From positions 1 to 39,805 of the IMG/VR virus record IMGVR_UViG_3300030433_001707: a stretch of 39,805 nt of DNA. One strand, given 5' to 3'. Source of the DNA: a virus. Lineage: Duplodnaviria > Caudoviricetes. This document shows positions 34,373 to 39,805 of this stretch, piece by piece. The stretch's first letter is position 1; every line of letters begins with the position of its first letter. The position numbers and the translations under genes are program-made. The notes below the pieces were generated by a model. The model searched no databases. It was not told where the DNA came from and saw only the letters and a list, made by a program, of their open reading frames with translations.

Positions 34373-34693
34373 ATGGCTCTGATGTCTGACTGTCCGCTTC
34401 GGACGGCTTTGGCGTTTCGCTTTACGGATGAGTCGGAAGTCCGGGATGTGGCCAGCTATGGCTGCATCTCCGGCGTCTCCGGTTTCATTTACTATCGCGA
34501 GACGATTGCGTTCTTCGATGAACATCAAACGGATATTGAGAATTGGTTATTTAATGACCATGAATTAACGCTCCAAGAACTCTGCAGAAATGTAGAGGAT
34601 GTTGACGAATTGAAGAACGCGATGGTCTGGGCTGCTGTTGACCTTTACTGTCAAGAGCGCACCATCTACAGAGAAACCATGGAGCCCGCTTAA
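34373..34693 (+). CDS. Acidic early protein (GCxSGVSGFIYYxET family)
   Basis: ATG 34373; 106 aa; 21 D/E versus 8 K/R. Confidence 0.75.
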   Translation: MALMSDCPLRTALAFRFTDESEVRDVASYGCISGVSGFIYYRETIAFFDEHQTDIENWLFNDHELTLQELCRNVEDVDELKNAMVWAAVDLYCQERTIYRETMEPA

Positions 34694-34707
34694 TCGCGGG
34701 CTTTTTT
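34684..34707 (+). terminator. Intrinsic terminator
   Basis: GCCCGC-TTAATC-GCGGGC-TTTTTT. Confidence 0.85.
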
Positions 34708-34710
34708 CTT

Positions 34711-34950
34711 ATGTACTTTGACCGATTCGACATCTGCGAAGCTCACTACATGTTCGCCATGCTTTGGCATGACGGAATGTGGGGGGAGATCTACAGCAAG
34801 TTCGGGCAGTTGGAGCGGATGCAGTTCCGCCCCAGTCCTTGTCTGAGTGAGCCTAAAGATCTGACCATGAATGGCCGCGAAATCTACCGTCAACTGGTGG
34901 TGAATCTATGCGGCATCAAATCCACCGCTCCAATGAATGGCCGCCGCTGA
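34711..34950 (+). CDS. Conserved phage hypothetical protein
   Basis: MYFDRFDICEAHY...F.PSP motif. Confidence 0.75.
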   Translation: MYFDRFDICEAHYMFAMLWHDGMWGEIYSKFGQLERMQFRPSPCLSEPKDLTMNGREIYRQLVVNLCGIKSTAPMNGRR

Positions 34951-34962
34951 GCGGCCTTTTTT
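34939..34962 (+). terminator. Intrinsic terminator
   Basis: GGCCGC-CGCTGA-GCGGCC-TTTTTT. Confidence 0.85.
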
Positions 34963-35146
34963 ATGCGCTGAGCTTGATCAAGCAATTTTCACCGTGACAT
35001 TCCACGAGCTTGGATCGGATCCAGTTGATACGACCGGCAACCCTTCGACCATCGTTTGTGTCCTTGTAACAGTGGAGAGCTTCGAGCAGGAGCATCCATT
35101 CATCCGGGCAGAAGTGAATGGTCTTTGTAGGCGCCGGATCAGTCAT
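34961..35146 (-). CDS. Hypothetical protein (61 aa), inverted within the early region
   Basis: ATG 35146: MTDPAPTKTIHFCPDEWMLLLEALHCY. Confidence 0.6.
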   Translation of the reverse strand: MTDPAPTKTIHFCPDEWMLLLEALHCYKDTNDGRRVAGRINWIRSKLVECHGENCLIKLSA

Positions 35147-35156
35147 GAATGGCCGC

Positions 35157-35185
35157 TTGCAGTTTCCTTGAATGGTCTGTATTGT
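35157..35185 (+). promoter_or_regulatory. sigma70-like promoter for the second early operon
   Basis: TTGCAG, 17 bp, TATTGT; followed by hairpin CAAGGG-GATAA-CCCTTG and an A/C-rich leader. Confidence 0.55.
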
Positions 35186-35241
35186 AGTACAAGAGTCAAG
35201 GGGATAACCCTTGCTCCGCTCCAACAACAACAAACCTACCA

Positions 35242-35478
35242 ATGAAAAGAACCAACCTTGTCAGCTACACAGTTGAAGACGTGTCACAGGTCTGCATCAC
35301 CTACGGGCTTTTTACGGCTCAAGAAACCTCAGGCAATCAAATTCACGTTTACGTGGGCAGCGAAGCCATGAATGACGCTGTTGCTTTGTATCTGACTCAC
35401 TGCGACCGTGAACAGCAAGAACGTTTTATGCAGGCCCTCACCGATCACATCCGCAAAGCGGACAGCGTCGAGGCATGA
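35242..35478 (+). CDS. Hypothetical protein
   Basis: 78 aa, ATG after an A/C-rich leader, ATGA coupling to the next gene. Confidence 0.75.
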   Translation: MKRTNLVSYTVEDVSQVCITYGLFTAQETSGNQIHVYVGSEAMNDAVALYLTHCDREQQERFMQALTDHIRKADSVEA

Positions 35479-35828
35479 AGCGGACCGCAGAAGTAAAGGA
35501 GGTCCACCAGGAGCACGCTAAAAAGCTCCTGGACATGGGCCTCCAGAAAGCCGATGTGGCTGCAACGCTCCAACGTAAATACGGTCTGTCTCGTGCCACT
35601 GCTTACCGCGACGTGGATGAGGCAGACCAAATGCGTGAAGTCGAAGACCACACCATCGAAGCGACTCCCGTTCCAATGATCAGTTTTGAGGATCGGGACG
35701 CTTTGATGCGGATGACCCGGCAACTCCTGATCGACGCCTATACCGATGGCAACGTTCAGGATTATGCCCGTCTTGTCCGTGAGTACGAAAGGCTCGCCCG
35801 CATGGGTGGCCTGTCTCAAAAGTTCTGA
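35475..35828 (+). CDS. HTH protein, similar to the TerS-like 33222 protein
   Basis: LQRKYGLSRATAYRDV helix-turn-helix. Confidence 0.75.
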   Translation: MKRTAEVKEVHQEHAKKLLDMGLQKADVAATLQRKYGLSRATAYRDVDEADQMREVEDHTIEATPVPMISFEDRDALMRMTRQLLIDAYTDGNVQDYARLVREYERLARMGGLSQKF

Positions 35829-35866
35829 GACGTTTGTCTCACACCGCTCCAATCATCATCAAACCA

Positions 35867-36307
35867 ATGGCACTTGACTATTACAACTGGCTTCAGGAAC
35901 AACCTGAACGCAAGAAGCTCGAACAGACCCGTGACAAGCATCGCGAGGCGTTCCAACAATTCACCCGTGATGCTGACGCCATGATGCGGAAGGCTTTTGC
36001 CTTCTACTGTTGTGCTCAAAAAATTGAAGACTGCCGAAGCGAGTGGCAAGTCTGCACAGAGGGCGAAGACTCTTCCATGGAGAAGATCTATGGCATTCAT
36101 CCTGAGCTGATGGTTGATTCTCAGATGGAAGTGGCCAACATGCTCAAGCAGCTGGCGTTCCAGAAAGCAGAAGCAGCCGCCACCATCAACACGTCTGCAG
36201 GCATCTCCAAAGAATCCTTTGATCAGGCTGTAGATGCCATTGGCACTCAATACGACGAACTCAAGTCCAAGTGGGAAGAACTCAACTCCAAGGAGGAAAC
36301 CAAATGA
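35867..36307 (+). CDS. Helical hypothetical protein
   Basis: ATG 35867 (MALDYYNW); coiled-coil character. Confidence 0.75.
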   Translation: MALDYYNWLQEQPERKKLEQTRDKHREAFQQFTRDADAMMRKAFAFYCCAQKIEDCRSEWQVCTEGEDSSMEKIYGIHPELMVDSQMEVANMLKQLAFQKAEAAATINTSAGISKESFDQAVDAIGTQYDELKSKWEELNSKEETK

Positions 36308-36471
36308 CCATCCGCTACGACAACATCGACGATCTGCTGCCGTCCGAATATCAAGAGCCTTGGCCGCCCTTGTCAGACGAAGAGATCGAAGAACGAGAAC
36401 GTCAGGCCGAGTTCCAGGATTACCTGGACTCGATCCCTGACGCTGCTGAACGCAACCGCAACCTCAAATGA
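36304..36471 (+). CDS. Small acidic hypothetical protein (55 aa)
   Basis: ATGA overlaps at both ends; MTIRYDNIDDLLP. Confidence 0.7.
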   Translation: MTIRYDNIDDLLPSEYQEPWPPLSDEEIEERERQAEFQDYLDSIPDAAERNRNLK

Positions 36472-36740
36472 TTTCCCGCCAAGACTGCACCCGCTCCATC
36501 AATCAACTGCTCTGTCTCATCCTCGGTGGGCAGAAGTCCAGAGCGTCAAGCCACCTCAGCTACAACCCCGAAGAGCGTATTGAGCTTTGCTTCAAGCTCG
36601 TTCAGCAAGAGATGGAGCAGGTTGTTCGTACCGCTGATCCTGAGGCCTTACAGAAGGGTCTCAGCGACGGTCAACGCCAGCTCTCCAGCCTTCAATCCCT
36701 TAAAACACTCAACCAACTCATCAACGAAGTCGAATGGTAA
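36468..36740 (+). CDS. Hypothetical protein
   Basis: 90 aa, coupled within the operon. Confidence 0.72.
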   Translation: MISRQDCTRSINQLLCLILGGQKSRASSHLSYNPEERIELCFKLVQQEMEQVVRTADPEALQKGLSDGQRQLSSLQSLKTLNQLINEVEW

Positions 36741-36997
36741 ACGAACACGCTGAAATTGAACTCATCGTTCAAGACCTCAAAGCCATCATTGACCGCGAAG
36801 ACAAACGCCATCTGATGGATCAACATCTCACCTCCTCTATGCGACACCTTCTCGAAGACTTGATCATTCCTAACCTTGAAAATGAACTTGACTTTGACCC
36901 AACGCCCCAACACCTTTGGGATAACTCCGGTGGCGAGCCTCCCGTCACCTTGGATGAAATGCACACTGACGCCTACAACCAGAAGTACAACTCATGA
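36734..36997 (+). CDS. Acidic hypothetical protein
   Basis: DFDPTP...GGEPPVTLDEMH motif; coupled within the operon. Confidence 0.75.
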   Translation: MVNEHAEIELIVQDLKAIIDREDKRHLMDQHLTSSMRHLLEDLIIPNLENELDFDPTPQHLWDNSGGEPPVTLDEMHTDAYNQKYNS

Positions 36998-37197
36998 GCA
37001 GTATCCTCAATGGCAACAAGTATTCCCCTGAAGGTTCCCGCGTTCCAACAGATCTTCTGCCTAACGCCATCCGCTATGAGGCGGCTAGGGCAGTCATCTT
37101 TGAAGAGCAGGGTGACTTCGTCCGCGCCAATGATTGCCTACGGCTAAAGCGTTATTACGAACGCCGTGCAATGGAGGAGTGTATTGATGCCCCGTAA
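36994..37197 (+). CDS. Hypothetical protein
   Basis: 67 aa, ATGA overlap. Confidence 0.7.
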   Translation: MSSILNGNKYSPEGSRVPTDLLPNAIRYEAARAVIFEEQGDFVRANDCLRLKRYYERRAMEECIDAP

Positions 37198-37372
37198 AAA
37201 GAAGCAAGACTGGAAACCAGCCACCGAATACAAGGTGACTAAACTTCCCAGAAATGGCCCCAAGCCTGGACAATCTGTCTCAAGCTGGGAAAAAGGAAAG
37301 GCTCAAGAGGCTCGACGTTTCATCAAACGACGAGACACGATGAACCCCAAAGACGTTTTCCCAGATCTCTAA
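37187..37372 (+). CDS. Small basic hypothetical protein (61 aa)
   Basis: ATG 37187: MPRKKKQDWKPATEYKVTKLP. Confidence 0.68.
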   Translation: MPRKKKQDWKPATEYKVTKLPRNGPKPGQSVSSWEKGKAQEARRFIKRRDTMNPKDVFPDL

Positions 37373-37411
37373 TTGGTCAATCAACCAACTAACTGATCAT
37401 CACTTCAAACG

Positions 37412-38164
37412 ATGTTTGAATCAAAAACAATCACACGCAACGAGCAAACTCTCGTTATCGATGATGCTGAAATGATTGGCATCATGCCCACTGGTGGAGA
37501 AGACAGCTCTTACGTTGTCAACTTCAAAATGGATCGTGATGGCGTAGAAACGCACCTTCATGTCCACCTCCATCGCTCTCATATCGAAGCGATTAAAAGC
37601 GCACAGGTTCTCACCGTTCCACAACTTCGCGCTGTTCACGCTAAGGCTGCTCAGGCAGAGGAGGTCTCGAAAGAGTCCCCAAAGCCTCAGACGGAGGTCG
37701 TTGAGATCCCCAAAAACACTCCGTTGACAATCGAAGGCAAGATCACAGTCCTTGAACCCGGTCCTGCTGAAGACATCAACTGGAAAGACCCCAAGCTCAA
37801 ATCACCGCCAAAACGTCAGCAGGATTCTCGTCGCCTCTCATTCAAAGAGGTTGACGAGTTAATGCACCAGGTGTTTCGGTGGTATCCACGCTGGCGTCAA
37901 AATAATCGTAAGGAAAAAGGTCGCAACCCAAATTACTTATCGTTAGAGCGTTTTTTACACGTCACACTTCCCACTCAGTTTGGTATTACTACTGAGGTTG
38001 CAAAAAGTATTTATCTGGCAGATAGATACAGAAGCGTTACTGGTGAATTTCGCAATCAGTGGGGGATCCTGATTCGTAACCTTAAAAAGAACAACATGGA
38101 GCATCAAATGCCCATGTATCTACGAAAAAAATATGACTCACATAATCAGTCATATAAAGGCTAA
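37412..38164 (+). CDS. Two-domain hypothetical protein
   Basis: 250 aa; beta-rich N-domain, Pro/Glu linker, basic helical C-domain encoded by AT-richer DNA. Confidence 0.75.
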   Translation: MFESKTITRNEQTLVIDDAEMIGIMPTGGEDSSYVVNFKMDRDGVETHLHVHLHRSHIEAIKSAQVLTVPQLRAVHAKAAQAEEVSKESPKPQTEVVEIPKNTPLTIEGKITVLEPGPAEDINWKDPKLKSPPKRQQDSRRLSFKEVDELMHQVFRWYPRWRQNNRKEKGRNPNYLSLERFLHVTLPTQFGITTEVAKSIYLADRYRSVTGEFRNQWGILIRNLKKNNMEHQMPMYLRKKYDSHNQSYKG

Positions 38165-38337
38165 GCCCAGGGCCATCCTAACTCAACGTCTCCGCGCCAA
38201 ACATCCTCATCGATAGGGCGCTGGACGGCATAATCCCGAAACAGGCGTTTCAGCTCTTCAGTTGAGACGCCTATCTCTTTTGCTTTCACAGCTACGTTGC
38301 ATTGACCCCGATATATAAGCTCTAACGCTTCCTCCAC
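38161..38337 (-). CDS. Small HTH-like protein (58 aa)
   Basis: Not in the track. GTG overlaps the exonuclease stop: MEEALELIYRGQCNVAVKAKEIGVSTEELKRLF...WPWA*. Confidence 0.6.
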   Translation of the reverse strand: MEEALELIYRGQCNVAVKAKEIGVSTEELKRLFRDYAVQRPIDEDVWRGDVELGWPWA

Positions 38338-39152
38338 TACATAACCTCTCCGCTCAACAACATCTCCTTATACAAGTTGTTCCGCTCCGTCCATCGAGCC
38401 TCACAACCTCTCATCTCCAATTCCGACAGCATCCTCAGCTGGACATTGCCGTTTGGCTTCGCAATCACTACCGCTCCAGCACTAACTCGGATCCCAGCTC
38501 GTTCTCGTAACGCCAGGCTGTAAGCGCCAAGTTGATCCTGATGATCTTTCAGCCATGCCTCTGGCTTGTCAGTCTCTCGGCTGGTCGTCTTGAAATCACA
38601 GATCGTCAGACCCAATGGCGTGTCGATTAAGGCGTCTGCCGTTCCAGCAAACCCTTCGTCACTGCTGACACTGAACTCCGACGCATGAATGGCCGTTACG
38701 CTTCCACTCACCAACCAGTCGGATAAACCTCTGGCGTACTCACGGGCTGGCCACGGTACTTTCGGTGATCCCTCTTCCGCTTTCTTGAGTGCCCAGTTGG
38801 TAACTGCCTTTGGAGGGCGAGCCAATCCATCATCCCAGACCTTCCATGAACCCTTCTTGTTAGCGCTCTGTCGAGCCAGCTTGGCTGCGGTCTTGAGTAC
38901 ATACTCGCAATGCTCATGAGCAACGGTGCCACGGTCACAAGCAAGGTCACGCTCCAAACCACTGCCAGCACGTTGTGACCAGCGCTCCAGAGCATCCTTC
39001 TGTGATTGAGGGGCTGTGTTCTTCAGAATATGGGTGACAGAGTGATAAATCTGCCCATGTTGATCCCTGTAAACACGGAATCGGCCTGAGTTGTCTTGCT
39101 CCAACTGCCATTGGCGCAGTGAAGCTAAGGCGTCTTGTGGATCAATCGTCAT
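38337..39152 (-). CDS. PD-(D/E)XK exonuclease (RecB/Cas4-like superfamily)
   Basis: YHSVTHIL, RGT.AH, EF, FAGTADAL, ICDFKT and QLGAYSLAL motifs. Confidence 0.88.
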   Translation of the reverse strand: MTIDPQDALASLRQWQLEQDNSGRFRVYRDQHGQIYHSVTHILKNTAPQSQKDALERWSQRAGSGLERDLACDRGTVAHEHCEYVLKTAAKLARQSANKKGSWKVWDDGLARPPKAVTNWALKKAEEGSPKVPWPAREYARGLSDWLVSGSVTAIHASEFSVSSDEGFAGTADALIDTPLGLTICDFKTTSRETDKPEAWLKDHQDQLGAYSLALRERAGIRVSAGAVVIAKPNGNVQLRMLSELEMRGCEARWTERNNLYKEMLLSGEVM

Positions 39153-39303
39153 TGATGGCGTTTTCCTGCAGCCAACGTTGACGCAGTTGATTTTCCTTGG
39201 GCTCTACAAGGTGGGCGCTAGAAACCACCCCAGTCAGATGACCAACAGTCACGGAGACGCACCCATCCTCCATGAATGTTGTAACTGTCTTGGGTGGTTC
39301 CAT
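39142..39303 (-). CDS. Small hypothetical protein (53 aa)
   Basis: Not in the track. MEPPKTVTTFMEDGCVSVTVGHLTGVVSSAHLVEPKENQLRQRWL; overlaps the exonuclease start. Confidence 0.65.
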   Translation of the reverse strand: MEPPKTVTTFMEDGCVSVTVGHLTGVVSSAHLVEPKENQLRQRWLQENAINDD

Positions 39304-39334
39304 AGACGCATCTACCCGAGACTAATTTACATGC

Positions 39335-39358
39335 AAAGAAAGGGGGCGCAAGGCCCCC
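39335..39358 (-). terminator. Intrinsic terminator of the SSB operon
   Basis: Minus strand GGGGGC-CTTGC-GCCCCC-TTTCTTT. Confidence 0.75.
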
Positions 39359-39367
39359 GCTCCAAGG

Positions 39368-39622
39368 TCACGCAAGTCGCCTTTTTATGGCGGCTCGGGC
39401 CTGTTCCGTTTCTTTGTCGTCAGGCTGGGGTGGCAGGTTGCTCATAAATGTTTCACCCGGAGAAGAATGACGCCACTTGGCAATCTTCTTTTTCCACGCA
39501 AGATCTTGCAAAGTGTCATCGTCAAGGCCGAGCATGATCAAGGTTTCATAAATGCCTTGATCAAACCCGCGACGATAACCTCTGTCTTGCTCCCTGCCAA
39601 AAGGGATGGAAAAGTCTGACAC
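39368..39622 (-). CDS. Hypothetical protein (84 aa)
   Basis: GTG two bases after the SSB stop; DRGYRRGFDQG motif. Confidence 0.65.
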   Translation of the reverse strand: MSDFSIPFGREQDRGYRRGFDQGIYETLIMLGLDDDTLQDLAWKKKIAKWRHSSPGETFMSNLPPQPDDKETEQARAAIKRRLA

Positions 39623-39624
39623 GA

Positions 39625-39805
39625 TTAAGCCTCGCTGAACGGATCACCACCAGTCACGATCCGGTTCAGATCGAAACCAGCCTTCTCCACAGCTTTCCAG
39701 GCTTTCTCCATCGCAGCTTCGTCATGCTCGTCCTCATCGCGGGGAACGATCAGAAGCTCGTACTTCACCATGTCTGCCTTGATCTTCGACAGCTCGAAGT
39801 CCCAG
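39625..39805 (-). CDS. SSB-like protein, 3' part
   Basis: In frame with 1..514 across the junction; ends GGDPFSEA* with TAA at 39627-39625. Confidence 0.7.
   Translation of the reverse strand, partial: WDFELSKIKADMVKYELLIVPRDEDEHDEAAMEKAWKAVEKAGFDLNRIVTGGDPFSEA
39717..39804. repeat. Terminal direct repeat (right copy)
   Basis: Identical to 1-88. Confidence 0.97.

Noticed and set aside
35813-35841. GTCTCA/TGAGAC inverted repeats, also near 540, 3753 and 6435
   Set aside because: The hexamer also occurs inside genes; I could not show enrichment without counting.
38337-39152. Cas4 or CRISPR-linked function for the exonuclease
   Set aside because: No four-Cys Fe-S cluster pattern and no array; the context (SSB, primase) indicates recombination or replication.
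39717-39805. 88-bp repeat as a biological terminal repeat
   Set aside because: It falls in the middle of a gene and has the form of an assembler overlap.

Overview
The window is a complete, circularly assembled dsDNA tailed phage genome of about 39,716 bp; bases 1-88 are repeated at 39717-39804. It has siphovirus-type structural genes. The host is inferred to be a marine picocyanobacterium (Synechococcus-like), from gene families I recognise in cyanophages, a cyanobacterial rRNA boxA motif and moderate GC. Replication genes: an SSB-like gene split across the contig ends, a PrimPol/PriCT-2/RecA-family primase-helicase with an iteron cluster at its 3' end, and a PD-(D/E)XK exonuclease. Accessory genes: dCTP deaminase, DUF3310 and an NblA-like gene. 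A lysis and envelope region (about 5.0-10.7 kb) has a C39-like endolysin, holin-like genes, three signal-peptide proteins, a Pro-rich membrane protein and an outer-membrane beta-barrel. A minus-strand late region runs from terL through small basic proteins, tail tube, portal, scaffold, MCP, neck, TAC, TMP and tail tip to the tail fibre. A divergent TerS-like gene, an AT-rich control region and an early operon of small hypothetical genes complete the genome. I recognised no integrase, repressor, DNA polymerase, tRNA, CRISPR array or psbA/hli gene. The best candidates for an undescribed system are (1) a trans-envelope protein module beside the endolysin and (2) an rRNA-type boxA antitermination leader upstream of two intrinsic terminators. 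All product calls come from motif reading and recall; no database searches were run.
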